DNA of 64,000 nt from Lingula anatina (Eukaryota; Animalia; Brachiopoda), in assembly GCA_051362555.1 (NCBI GenBank), contig CM120641.1, positions 22,072,001 to 22,136,000 of the forward strand, given 5' to 3'. The notes under the pieces are model-generated. The model made no database searches, had not been told where the DNA came from, and saw only the letters and a list, made by a program, of their open reading frames with translations. The position numbers and the translations under genes are program-made. Positions 25,446 through 39,434 of this stretch are shown here, piece after piece. Each line of letters starts with the position of its first letter. Within the stretch, counting starts at the first letter, position 1.

Positions 25446-27901
25446 CTAAATGCCACCTTGGATTTCAGAACTTTCAACTTTTTCGAAATCATAATCATCA
25501 GCAGTAGAAGAAGAAGATGAAGAGCTTTCAATGTCAGCATCTTGACCATCCTCTTCCTCAATACTTTCCTTCACATTAGTATCCAACTTCACAAAATTCT
25601 TGATTTTTTCAGCGACTTGTTCATACTCACTGAAAAAAATAAACAAATGTTATCTGCAGTTTTTGACATTGCAGTACTAGTATATTGGATGCAATAGATA
25701 AAGATGCATTTGAAGTCAAATTTTTACCATAAAACCTGACCAAATGCCACCATACAGTTTCAAATAGCATAACTAAAAGAAATGTCATAGTGACAGATTT
25801 GTATCTTTCATATGTCACTTTAAAGCCTATACTATCTCTTCAGAGTTACCACAACCAAGTACAAAAAAAAATTTATGTAACGTTTTTGGTATGTTCAGCA
25901 TATGCACACACTATTTTCATGCACATGCATGTAAACAAATGCTTGCATGCACGCACACAAACACTTACACACACACATACAGAGAGGCAGTTTGCCTACC
26001 TTTTCTGCCCAAATGTAAAAGCCTCTGTGACTCCAATAGAATACCCTGGACTAAAGACGAGGACTACCTGGTACCCTCTGCCAGCAAACCTCACATCTTC
26101 CTCCTGTATTCTTACATCTGAGATCTCAGACAAATTGCATACAACTGTAAAGAAATAATACACAAGTCAGTTTCAAGAAGGACTATGCCACTTAATTAAA
26201 ACATATGGTCTAATACTGAAATAACAGTGCACTTCACTACATTTCCAGTTGTGTCAGAGTCACAATGATAAGCTTAACAGAGTACCTCCTCCAGGAATTT
26301 TGTTACATCTTCATACTTGAATGAATTACCAAAATGATATAATGTTAGTTACTTTGTATCTTTCTAAACTAAGGACACCCAAGTGTATTATACATGGTTT
26401 CTGTAAAGGCACCACAGATGGCAACAATAAAGCAGAGAGAAAACAATACTTGCCTGACTTCATTTCCCCAAGGGGATTCAAAATTCTCTGAAATATGGTT
26501 ACTCTCTTGATGATAACTTCACCTTTTGTGCGATCGAAAATGCAGTCCTTGGAAAATAGAGGTTTATAAATATTAAGTAAAAATGATTTATACTTGACAT
26601 TTATTTAAAGTCTTATGCATATTCTACCGGTAATACAAATTTACATGCTCTGGGGGAAACAAACTGATTGTCAAATTTTACTACAAAATTAATTAGTTGA
26701 GAAGGCACAAATAATAACCATTTGATCAGAACATGATTAAAACCAAGTTCTTGCCATACTGTACTCCTCAGCCTTAAATCATATCTGCAAAATGTCCCTC
26801 AAAATTGTTTTAAAGCACATCAGTATAACTGTCATACATTAACCACCTACCTCCCATTCTTCCAGCTGAGATAAGCCAACAAATGTGCATGCCCCAATGT
26901 AACACACCTGCCACAGCAAGCTATCTAAACTCACGAAAATATATAATGCAGTTAATGGAAATCCAACTGTAATGAATATCTCAATGGCATATCAAAAAAA
27001 AAAAAAATAAATAAAATAAAAAAAAAATAAAAAAAATAATAATAATAATTTATTGTCATATTTATACAAGTATAAAATGAAAATTGGTATGATCTGTCGA
27101 TAAAATGTGATACAGTTGAATTATTAAAATACATTTTGTTCATTAAAAATACCTACTGCTGATGGATAAAAACTATTTTAGTGCGCGTGGAGGTTGCTTT
27201 TAGTGACTGTAGTCATTACAACTGCAGCAAGCATGACATTCAAGTCATTCTCTTGTCACCCACTCATTTTAACTATCCTATTTCCATTATTTTTAGATTT
27301 GTATTACTTAAATATATTTTTAAATGACAATTTGCTGAACAATATAAAACATGCTGCTTTTCATTTTAGATAATCACCAGATGTACTTTGGCGGACATTA
27401 TTACCTATTTTGACACATTATGGTACAAGGTATACTACGCTACATACACTACTAATGAAAAACAAATGCACAAAATAGCTTTGTTTTTTATATTGAAAGG
27501 TTGATACCATTAAAAAGCTTTGATGAGTAAATAAAACAACTGATGCAAACCAAGTATTTCATACCTGCACTATAGAGAGCTGCTCCAAATCCTAGTGCAA
27601 CCATTGCTGAAATTGAACTTATTTTTATCATTCTTAAAATCTTGTAGCAGGACTTGATCTATAATATATTTGAGATGACATCATAAAGAAAACGGACAAA
27701 ACAAATAAATTCACTATCTTTAAATATTATAGCATGCCCTACAGTTAAAAACAAACAATCAAACAAACTAATTAATGAAAACACATTCAACTGGGAATAA
27801 AGCAAATATTTACCTCCAAGAATACTCCAGGATCTCAGTCCTGGCTCCCGCACGAAGTGCAACTTCTCTACATTGTTCTCCTTCACAGTCACAAAACTCA
27901 T
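25446..27901 (-). CDS. CYBC1: Cytochrome b-245 chaperone 1 (EROS/C17orf62) homolog
   Basis: Exons 27901-27814 (LHFVREPGLRSWS), 27606-27565, 26924-26851 (QLEEWE), 26547-26454 (DCIFDR), 26144-26000 (EEDVRFAGRGYQVVL), 25629-25446 (acidic tail). Confidence 0.85.
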
Positions 27902-28699
27902 TTTCACCTAAAATTAGTTATATGTGCTTTTATTTTGAGCAAATTGTTTCACATATTGAACTGAAGGTACTGGTACCAGTAGATTTTCTCTTTTACAATG
28001 CTGCAATGATAAGTCTTCAAATAGTGGACATACACCAATATTATATACACCACACATGTACATGTACTGTAAGTATGTATAATTTCTAAAACAAAGTTAT
28101 ATACATGTACAGTATACATGTACTGTAAGTCTGAATTAAATGAACACTCAGCAGATGCGATACATTTTTCTAGACAAAGTAAACCACTCACTACCTTCAA
28201 CCCTAACTTAAAATGAGCTTGTTACAGTAAATACTAGTTTTACAACAGTCTATTTGTACTGTATCCAGTACAAAGTAAAACGTATATAGTATGCAGTACT
28301 CCACTGTGCTACTCTAGTAAACTTAAATTAAGTCATTCAACAGATTAAAAAACTATATTTATAACAACTATCAACAAGTCAACGTGTTGACAAAAAGAAT
28401 GGACACGTTGATAAATCCAGCTGATGTAATACTGTTGCTCACATACACAGTAACCTTTTAATAATAGTACAGCACTGTATATTTATTCACTCCAGTAGTT
28501 TACTTTCGCTCGTTTACTTTGGACACAGCAGGCCTACTGTTTACTGCCCTAATTAAACTGTCCTTCATCATCCGAACTAAGAGAGAAAAGTGCTTTTAAA
28601 TTACAACAACCAATAACAGTAGTATGCATTTTTTAACATTTTGACATGAATTAGATCACCTACCACAAAATAAAAGAACGCAACTGTTTTCTTAGTATC

Positions 28700-29041
28700 C
28701 GTATCCACCTGATTCAGGCCAATCTTGTTTACGTCTTTTGACCCGACACGGAAGTAAACCTACTATCTATAATACCGCAATATGATTGGTTAAAATTCTG
28801 ATTTACTCCTGAGCTAGTCGTTATTTGGACATTTATGTTTTAACAACTCTGAATGTTTGTTAAGCAGTCCTAACAAACTAGAACAGCGTATTAATACCAA
28901 TAGACAGCGGTGCAGCCATGTTCATCAACTATGATGCTTCGTGATGTACATGCTGTCAAAACTCTAGCACGTAGGACAATACATAGTCTCTCTGGCAAAG
29001 TTGATCAACTTTGTCCGTCAGCTTAAAAGTGAAAGTTAAAC
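28700..29041. promoter_or_regulatory. Probable bidirectional promoter between CYBC1 and HEXD
   Basis: Head-to-head genes; ETS-type CGGAAGT at ~28749; CCAAT boxes on both strands (~28719, ~28785, ~28897). Confidence 0.5.
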
Positions 29042-31064
29042 ATGGCACAAGGTCCAGGGGCAGACAAAATTAGGTAAGGCTAATCAGGCTGTACCTACTG
29101 TAGGTAATCAATTTCATGATATCTAACTGCCTGGCCCTCGAGGTCGGCTTCTTTAGGTGTGATAAATTAGTTGTTTACCCAGGATTGGACTGCTTGTTTT
29201 GAACTTGATATACAGTACATTGTACAGTATGTACCAGTAGAAGTCACAAAATGTAACAACAATTTATGATTATCAGTAAGTTATGAATCATAACTATTTG
29301 TTTAATTTTACCTTGTATTTTTTTTATTTTTTTTAGTCTGGTTCACTTGGATTTAAAAGGAGCTCCACCCAAGCTGGTCTACTATGAACAAGTTAGTAAT
29401 ATGCCAGTACATGTATTACTGAAGATTTGATATCGTTTTACTTTTTTTTTTTACAGTATATTAGTAGCTTTAATAAATAAGATTATATTTAAACCTCAAG
29501 GATAATGATAGCAATAGATAATTAAGCCCAGGATGAGCAGCTATAGATAGGAGTTTGTGCTCACCTGTTTTATGTGTGTGTAGATAACCACATCTGTTGA
29601 CACTTGAAATAGTACTTGCTTCTGCTACATGTACAGTATATGAACATTTACATGTAAAAAACATACAAATTTACAATAGCTCATAAGATGTTAATCAGAT
29701 ATATCGATTTATTTATTTCTATAGCATGAATGCATTTTCTGTATGTTGATGTTCAAGTGTTTTGCGACTGTTACAAACATCTCTTTCACCATAAAATTAT
29801 GTACACCATCACATATATTTTATCATTAATGTAGATTGCTTAATTTTGTTTTTTGTATTTCAAGCTGTTTCCTTTGCTGAAGCAGTGGGGTGCAGGGGGC
29901 TTGCTGGTGGAATATGAAGATATGTTTCCATACTGGGGAGAACTGGAAATACTACAAGCAAAAAACATGTACAGGTAAGTTATGTTTTTGTAATAATGCA
30001 CTGGAAAAAAGAAAATGTAATCAAGTTGGTTATTGAAAAACATTTTTCATGGTAGGTGTAGACATTTCTAAGTGGATAAATATTAGTGTATATTCTTATT
30101 GTATTATATTTGAAGGCAGGAAGAAATCAGACAGATAGTTACTTTGGCCAAACAAAATGATCTCATAGTCACTCCATTGGTGCCAACATTTGGGCACTTA
30201 GAGGTAAGTGAAGTGACACCTGTGTAACCGCAAGGGTTTTTTTTACACGTATGTAATGGGACAAGGTACTTTTAACAACTATTATTATAAGTTGTTGTTT
30301 TTTTAAATTTGAATGCATTGAAACTTTCACTCATTTACATTTAAGTTAATGGCAATTATAGTTCATTTACTGAAAGTAATGCTGTCAAGATTGAATGTTC
30401 AGTTTTGTAAGATAAAATAGATAATTGCTTTTTGTTCTAGTTTTTGTTGAAACATGAGAAGTTTAGACATTTGAGAGAGGTGCCCAAGTATCCCATGTCA
30501 CTGTGCCCTTTAAACCCAGGTATGTTTTAATCATCACCTGTATGTCTTTCTTGCTCATGCTAAATGCTTCCGCGGCATATTTAAGAAAGGATATAAAATC
30601 TGATCAGACAGTCTTTTTTGTGCTGTTGGCAGACAGTGATTCTCTTACTACCTTAATTTGAGATGTGGGGATATTGATCAGTTGGCTATTTCTTTTCACT
30701 CCCCCCCCCCCCTTGAAGGCTTCCTCATGCCTGTCTTATGGCAGCAGTGCTGTTCATGTTGTTGTCAGCAATAAAATGATATACAGAAAAAAAATCCCTG
30801 AAAGAAATTAATCTTCTCTTTGTATTTTTTAAAGTAAATGTATGTGTCCTATTGCAGAAAGCCTTATTATTGTTGGCCAGATGATAGACCAAGTATTATC
30901 ACTTCATCCAGAATCCAATTGGTTCCATATTGGAGGTGATGAGGTGGGAGCTATGACAATGATAATAAAATAAAATAAAAAATACAACTTAAGATAATAA
31001 ATAAATACTAATAATGATTTTTGCTTTTTATTGTTTTTTTTTTTTTGCTATTTTTGAATTATGT

Positions 31065-31147
<83 letters not shown>

Positions 31148-34100
31148 AGATAAATTTGAATATTTCATAAACTCTTTGTAATTGATTTTTAAAAAGCCAC
31201 AGCATTAAAATTATACTTAAGTTCTAAAGAATGTAAATCACATTTTTTTAGGTATTCCATATTGGGTGTTGTGAGCAGTGTAAAGCATTCAATGCAGATG
31301 ACAAGCAGGACAAAGAGCTGTACTTATATTTTACTGGCCAAGTTTTGAAGCTAATGAAAGAAAAATATCCTGATAAGACCTGTATTATGTGGGATGACAT
31401 GTTAAGGAACAGGTCCCTTCATCAACTAAAAGGTGTGTTATCCACATAAATGAATATTTAGGATTGTATGCTCTGAAGTCTAAAATTGAGTTCATTTTAA
31501 ATTTTACTATGATTTATTTTTAGATTAATGTCATTATCGATTTTTAATATACAGAATGTATACAGATGATATATGTTATATTATTTATAAGTTTATTTGT
31601 GTTTATTTATGCAGCAAGTGGGATAGGTGATTTAGTGGAACCTATGGTGTGGCAGTACTCACAACAATTAGAACTTCCTGAGGGTAAGGATTTTTTGTTG
31701 GAGAAAGACAGTAACAATGGCAAAATAAAAAAAAAAAAAATGAAAAACAAATCCATAGGACCCAGCAGTAAATACAGAATGCAAGGCAACATATGTAAGA
31801 ATGCATTTTGCCTCGCCGTTTTCACCTAAGGGTGCTTACATTACCAATACAGGAAGGTTTTCCATTATCACCTATTTAACACTGTATTGTTCAAAAAGGG
31901 GGCAAATGAAGAAAAATTTCAATATTTCAAGATATTTGGTGTCCATACACACTGTATTGTCAAAAAGGGGGCAAATGAAGAAAAATTTTAATATTTCCAG
32001 ATATTTGGTGTCGATACTCTCAGGTGTTTCCTTCAGTTTGGATTGCCACAGCATACAAGGGTGCCACAGGCCCTGCACAGCAGGCAACCAATATAGCCTA
32101 CCACATAGAGAACCATAAGGCATGGGTCAGCGTGGCCAGCCAGGTGGCTACTTTATTCAAAAACTTCCGTGGTTATGCGTTGACAGGATGGCAGAGGTAA
32201 ATATTGTGATTTATCACAAATACAACTACACTTGCATCGTAAATAGTATAGTATTGGAATTTAGCTTTTAAAAAGTTGCTTTGGGTTTAAAGATACTTCA
32301 TTATTTACTTATATCATCTAATACTTGGACAGTTTAGAAGAAGCAACAATGCGTGGATTTAATTTTATTTTTATGCTAAAAAGAAACTCATTTAGCTTGT
32401 TTAACTAATAGAAAAAGTGATGATATTTGTAAATTATGTGTATGTAGAAGGGAGACATTAATAAAGAGTCAAATTTATTCATGTATGTAACAAATGAAGA
32501 GTAGTTGGTTAACCCTCATGATTGTTTCCAGGTATGACCACTATGCTGGGCTCTGTGAACTGTTACCCCAGGCAATTCCTAGTTTGGCTCTCAATCTGCA
32601 CATACTGAGACAGGGTAAGTAAACTGTTACCCCAGGCAAATCCTTGTTTGGCTCTCAATCTACAGATACTGAGACAGGGTAAGTTAACTGTTACCCCAGG
32701 CAATTCCTTGTTTGGCTCTCAATCTACACATACTGAGACAGGGTAAGTTAACTGTTACCCCAGGCAATTCCTTGTTTGGCTCTCAATCTACACATACTGA
32801 GACAGGGTAAGTTAGCTGTTAACCATGAATTCCCTGCATGACTCCCATGCTATACCCTCTTCCAGGACAGCAGATATTTTAGGCACATTTTCCATCAGCC
32901 ACCCTGTAACTTTTGGCCAGATGGAAGCAATTAAATATGCACGCATGCAGATGGCAATTTACCAGGTCCGTAGGGAGCTACTACAGGAGATTCCTCAGTT
33001 AACTTCAACCTGAAGTAACAACCTTTTTTTTATCCGTCACAAAAGAGCAAAGGATTAAATTCAGAACAATTAACTTGATTGCTGTCAGTGGGACTTACCA
33101 GTACATACATGTACCGGGTAGTTAAGCGGCAATTCCTGAGTAGTTACGCAAACAAGCCATGCAATCAACCTAGAGATATCAGCACAGTCTCACAGTTAGA
33201 AGATTGACCATATTTAGCCAGAGACATTATCTGTGAATATCCAATAAAAAAAATCAATCTGTGGCCCCGGAGAAAGGTACCCATATTGTCCATACTAACA
33301 TAATGTTAACCCTGCTTGGCTCTCAATCTACACACTCTGACACAGTTAGAGTTTAAGGAAAAGCACTGAAAGCATGATGCTTTCATGGAGTATATTGTAA
33401 CAGTTATTTGCCCCTTTTGTCTTTAAGCATTTTGTTGGTTGATTTTATTTGAAAGAACTCAAGTCAGAATTCTCTGGTTAATTCCATTTCAGAAATAGTT
33501 CCATAAAATCTTATCTAAAATAAAGACCGAAGTCCCCTTTGCAATTTTTACATTTCTGAGGTATTGTTTCAGGAGCGTTCACATTTGAGCTATATGATGC
33601 TGTTTCTAAGCAATTGGGATTTACAGAACCGGTGACATTGAATCCATTTGGGTAGGTTCAGCATGTTCTTCCCTCTTCTCTATCATGTAGTTTTGTCTTC
33701 TCTGTACTTAAAGTTTGCTCTAACTCATATAAGATTTGCTTGAGAAAAAGCACATTAGATTTTTATTTTCAATGCAATAAGAGAGATGACAGTCAGGACA
33801 CTATTAAAAGCCTCCAGAAGATGTCAAAACAGTATATCAATAACATTTATCAACTTCTTATTGTATTCATTCTTAGGTTATTTGAACCTATACAGTGCCA
33901 GTTTCCAGGCAGTGAAATCTATAAAGGCATTATTATCTTACTACGTCTAACAGCAGAGTATGACATGATCATTAATAGTGATAGGTATGTAAGAATTGTT
34001 TTGAATATTTTTTCTGTGTGCAATGCAGTATGACTTTGGATTTTATTTAGAGTTTTGCATCTTTTTTTTTTTTTTTTTTTTTTGGAAAAAAAATGAGACT

Positions 34101-35050
34101 TATCTCGTTGCATTTAACTTGGAAACTCTTACTTGTATATACTGTTGATGGAAGGGAAATGCAGTTTTACTATTGAATTGGATAATTTGACAATAACAGT
34201 AATTGGTGGAATAAGCATATGTTTGTCCTTTTTGCTGGGTCAAAAACCTTCAAAATACTGGTTAAATTTTTTTTAGATTGTCCCTTTTATGTGAAAGTTT
34301 GATGTATATTTGTATGTGTATAAGCACATTTGTAAATATAAATTAATTACTTATTTTTAGAGTGAAAAGTTGGATGAGTGAGTACCATGTGAAGTATAAT
34401 GTCTGCAATCCAGTGCATGTTGAACACATTCTTAAACCTGCTAAAAAGTAAGCCTTTTCCTTCAGCTTTTAAGAATAAAGATCATTTAAGAACATTCTTC
34501 CACAGTTTTACTGTTTGCTAAAATATATTTGAATAAAAGAATACTAAAAATGCAGTCTCACATACAAAGAAAGATATGGTTTTGTACAGTGTATTTTATT
34601 ATTCACTTGAGGCTGACGTATTATGGTATAGTATTACTGTATATGGTAAACCGGTAGTTTACTAGCCAGACCTGGTCACAGTTTAGAGATCGATAGTCGG
34701 TTCTTTTTCTTGTAAAATGTAGACTTTCACATTTTCCATATACAAGGCTCAAAATGTCACCTGTGTTCTTAATTGTCATTTAAAGGTTACAAAAAGATTT
34801 TGAGGAATACAAGAAGTACATGCAGCTGGCACTGGCTAATGTGTACTACAGTGACACAGTGGAGGAGTGGGTGTGTGACCACATCCTGTCCAAGTTGGGC
34901 AGATTGAATGAACTGATCCATACTGCAGAGAGAATGCTGGTGATCGAGAATGAGGCTCAGATGAACGGGGTGTTGGCAGGGGGGAGTGGTGCTATGGACC
35001 TGGACAGGAGTGTCGTAGAGGGAGAGACTGATGATGGAAACAGCACCTAG
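29042..35050 (+). CDS. HEXD: Hexosaminidase D (GH20, HEXDC-like)
   Basis: About 14 exons. Motifs LVHLDLKGAPPK (29337-), GLLVEYEDMFPY, PTFGHLEFLLKH, FHIGGDEV, MWDDML, LTGWQRYDHYAGLCELLP, CQFPGS, TVEEW. Stop TAG at 35050. Confidence 0.92.
31067..31146. repeat. (ATC)n(ATT)n compound microsatellite
   Basis: Direct reading. Confidence 0.9.
31879..32014. repeat. ~70 bp tandem duplication in a HEXD intron
   Basis: acactgtattg(t)tcaaaaagggggcaaatgaagaaaaattt.aatatttc.agatatttggtgtc occurs twice. Confidence 0.85.
32561..32816 (+). repeat. 4 x 64-bp tandem repeat spanning a HEXD exon end and splice donor
   Basis: Unit starts at 32561, 32625, 32689, 32753; each contains gagacagg/gtaagt. Confidence 0.92.
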
Positions 35051-35634
35051 AAATACTGGGTAGTCTTCTAACGCTGTTTTCCCTTCAACTTCGTAGGGGG
35101 ACATTTGAGTTTGGGGAGAACTTAGCGGAGAAGGTGAAAAGGACAGATTGGGGTGCAAAGAAAGAATTTGTGCTGGTCACATGAATAGAAATTAGTGCAG
35201 TATCTTTTCTTATATACACTGAGCAAAAATATCAATGTCCCATGCAGTACTGTAAAATTTTTTTTAGCATTATGGTCTATATATACTAGTACCCTGTATA
35301 TATATATATATACATATATATGCAAGTGTATGTTAAATCAAACAAAGTGAATTTTGTTGTTCAATGTGCTACAGATTACTGTCTGTAGCACATGATTACT
35401 GTCTGAAGCCCATTACATGTTGCATGATAAATAATTCATGTGACATTTATATTTTTGCTCAGTATACACTTATGTACATGTATCATCAAATGCTTAAAAG
35501 AAAAGACTACTACTGGTAAGATTTCATTTGATTTCAGCTTACCAGTGAATGAAAACAATGTAGAAAATCATATGGAACAATCTATAAGCACCTCGTGAAA
35601 AGGAAACTTTGCTTAATAATTTGATTATATTGGA

Positions 35635-35793
35635 GGGTGTCACCAATCCAAAGGTTCATTGGTCTGAAAAATTGTATGCACGCACCTCTAATGAACATAA
35701 CTTTATTGCCAGTATACTATACACTTTGTTGGTGGATTAATTCAGACTATCAAACATTTGGACCGATGAACCTTCGGACTATTGCTACGACCC
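35635..35793. mobile_element. Possible degenerate MITE (imperfect terminal inverted repeats)
   Basis: gggtgtcaccaatccaaaggttcattggtc versus gaccgatgaaccttcggactattgctacgacccc. Confidence 0.4.
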
Positions 35794-36836
35794 CATTATT
35801 TAAATACAGGCATTATGAGTATTAATCTGGTCAAAAATTATTTAGTTTTCTTGGCTGAGGTTGTGATGGAAGACAACTGTATTGAACATGCACAGCCACA
35901 GAATACATCTTCCTTAATGATTTCATGATCAAATTAGTAAATGAAATACTATTTTAAGTGCTTAAAAGCACTCAATGATCAAGTCCTTTATTCTCTTTAT
36001 GGCTTAAGTATATGACAAAAACTGTATTTGGTATTTTAAAATTTATTTGAGTCATATTGTGCTAATATCACATAACCTGAAAGGTTGTCTGGGGTATAAA
36101 ATTTTGTTTTGTTTCATTAAATGCCAATAAATGCATGTAAAATGAAAATATCAGTATATATATTCTAAATGTACCATTACATGTACTGTATTTGAGCCAT
36201 CACTGTGGTATGCATGATTTAACATATATACATTGAGGAAGTTTTAAAGGTGTCAAGACAAAAAAATACATTTATCAGAACTACCAGATCATGCGGCAGA
36301 TTGTGGTTATTGCAGACTATCTTATATGTTTAAAAACCTCTTAACGTAACAGTTCAACATACATTGTGGCAGCTTTCAATACAGGCAATACAATATACAC
36401 TAGAAACAATTGATAGATAGTAGAAAAAATTCTCAAATGCTCATTTAGGTTAAAAAGAAACTTAAAATTTTATTTTAGATACAAAAACTAAGATCTAAAT
36501 AAAAATTAAGCTGAGCTATATGCAGCATATATATATGTGGATCTATATAGTCAGAGTCCAGATTGTTTTTAAGTTGGTTGTTCCACTGTAAGTGCAACGA
36601 ACGTCCACCTAACGCAATTGAAAAGCATTCCACGCCAATATGGCGGCCATACGTAGCCTGTCGCATTTACTTCGTCAGGGATTACATTTAAACGCAGCCA
36701 CACTGATCCCTAAAACTGCACCGTAAGTATTCACATTGGATATTGACACGAGTTACATTCTCTTGGAGTAAGTCACCATAGCACTCTGCCTTTGACACGT
36801 GAAGATATCTAAAATTACATTTGGAGTTGAAGTCGG

Positions 36837-39434
36837 ATGAAGTCGCAAGTTTGTTCATTTTGTCGTATTAACGTTGTCGAGGGGCATCTAGCGAAATTCT
36901 TCAGCCAGACACAGATTTACAGAGGGGATATTGTGAGTAGTATTTTTCTTCAAAAGAGAGGGTGTCAGGGGAGAGAGAGGTGGGTGGTTGGGGGGGGGGG
37001 GGTACAATACCGTGTTGTTGAATTGTCTAACTTTTAACTCGTACATGTTTCAGTATTTGCCAAACGCGATGTATGGCCCAGAAGGGCATGACAAAACCGC
37101 ACCCCACTTTGGACCTGGATGCACTGGAGACCACAGTAACGGATATGCAGTCGGGGAAATATAAGAGAAAGACTGTGAGGTATGCTGAGTCCGACCAATC
37201 CACTGTGCTCACACACGACCAAATTGTCAGGTAGGTACTAGTACTGGTGGTTCTTACTCATTTCTAGATTATGCTGTATACAGACGGTGTTATCTGTACT
37301 GATGTCATTTATTTTTTGAAAATGTTATCAATTTCCATCAATCAATTGATTTATAAGTTTGTGAATTCAATCAAAATAATCACTTTATACTTAAACGTGC
37401 AAGAGATTGTCGTGTATGTGGTCCAAGTAACATATTAAATATTATGATCAGCCTATATTTGTGTTTCTATTAATGTTTGATTTCATCCTTCATCATGCAG
37501 GAAATTCATAGTCCTAATCATGAAGGGTGGAAACAAAGATACTGCCAGAAGAATAATGGACAAGGTACATGAATATGTTTGAAACAGCATAATGTGTAGG
37601 AGTGAAGAACATTCACTTTAAGAGTCATGCAGGGGCTGGCAGAGATGGGGAAGGAGATTTCTAAAGCAACCAAGCGGCATCATCATCCGAGATAGCCCAA
37701 AGTCTTGCAAATTGGCACGATTTCTAGGGATTCAGAGGAGAGCAGGATCAGATATAGTTGCAGACTTGCAAACACTGACAGAATTTATTCATGAATATTT
37801 ATTCTGGTTATTTTCTCTGACTGATTCGGACGAATTACTGTCTTTAGCACAACAGTACAAATTCACTATTACAGGTCACCTTTGTATTAAGACAAATTCC
37901 TGACATAGTTAAAGTTAACCCCTTCACCCAGATTCTCTTAGTTTTTTCTAATCTTCTGTGATGTCACACATTGTTTTCTTGGATGATGCCCATTACTGCT
38001 GCGACAGTCTTAAAAAGTAACAATAATGTGAACTACAGTAATAACTCGGATCTTTCCAATGGGGAAAATTGTGAATTTTACAGATATTGTACTTTTTAAG
38101 TCATAATTTCTTAAAATAAGAGCATTCCTATGGAGTGGTTGCAACAAAATTGAAAAGCAGACTACCTTATAGTTCTATTCTGTGTATTAAAAGCATTACA
38201 AATGCTATACAAAATTATAAATTTTATGATTTTAAAATGATGTATCTGAAAGTTTGATAATTTTTTGCCCATTGAAAAGATCCAAGTCTTTACTGTAGCT
38301 ATAATAGAGTTTAGGGCACAAAGGCAGGCCAGCGTGGGAAGGGCTGTCATCAGAACACTAACATCTAAGGGTGGAATGTGATAAATTTGCAGTAAACTGT
38401 TTCTTTGCTTCATATAATCTCAAATGAATTTTAGTTAGATGTAGGTGTGTGATTATTAATTGTAATGTCATTGCAAGCAATTAAATTGTTTTAATAATTT
38501 GTAATTTGTTGTAAAATTTTGTAGATTGATGAGATCATGTATATTTCAGACTATGGAAGAAATTAAAAGAAGACAAGTGCGAGAATTTCACAGGGCCACA
38601 GAATCTCAAAAATTACAAATTATCACAGATCCCAGGAAAATATTTAACCAGGCTGTCAATAATCTTAAACCAGTGCTTCTTGTTACCAGTGTCAAGAGAG
38701 GAGGGATCGCGTATCAGGTAGATCATTTTCAATAAAATTTAAGAACTCGCCCACATTTCTAAATATGACAGTCAGTGTCATCTTTTAAGGGATTTTTTAT
38801 AATAAAATTTGAAAAGGTTAAATTTTGTCTTCTAAAGTCATACAATCTATTTTCTTTAAGCTCCATTTGTGTCGTGTCGTGATCAGATATAACAAAATAT
38901 GGAGCAGCTCTCTGTCCAGTTATGTCAGTATCTTCCTTGTTAACTAGGATTGCTTTGGTAAGAACGTGACCGTGTGAACTAGTTCTTGTTTTACAAACTG
39001 TAGGTTCCTGTCCCCTGCCCAGAGAAAAGGCAGCTGTTTGAGGCAATGAAAATAATCAAAGCTGCACTTGCAGAAAAAACAAATTCCAGAATACCTTTCC
39101 ATGAAAAGTTGGCCACCATAATCATGGATGCTGCAGAATTCAAAGTAAGAAATAGTATTCTTTAAAATAATTGGTTTTTGGAAATTATATTGTAGATCAT
39201 TTATGAGTAAAATGCAAACATCAAATCTTTTAAACGTCCTTGCAGAAGGCAGAGTCGCTTGAATTGGGAGTCTTACAATGATATCATTATCTTGTTTACT
39301 GGGCCATACAAATTATGAATAGCTGTTATACAATCACTGACCTTTAATGTATTTTTCAGGGCAAGGCTATGGACAGGAAAATAGAAATCCTTAAAAATTG
39401 TGAAAGAAACAGAGCTTATGCTCATTTTAAATAG
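36837..39434 (+). CDS. MRPS7: Mitochondrial ribosomal protein uS7m
   Basis: Exons ~36837-36979 (5' end uncertain), 37054-37230, 37501-37564 (IMKGGNK), 38550-38717 (KRGGIAYQ), 39005-39144 (VPVP), 39360-39434 (CERNRAYAHFK*, uS7 C-terminal signature). Confidence 0.88.

Noticed and set aside
25446-27901. Functional link between CYBC1 (NOX2 chaperone) and the putative defence-peptide cluster
   Set aside because: They are separated by two housekeeping genes and CYBC1's position is explained by old synteny; nothing in the sequence supports co-regulation.
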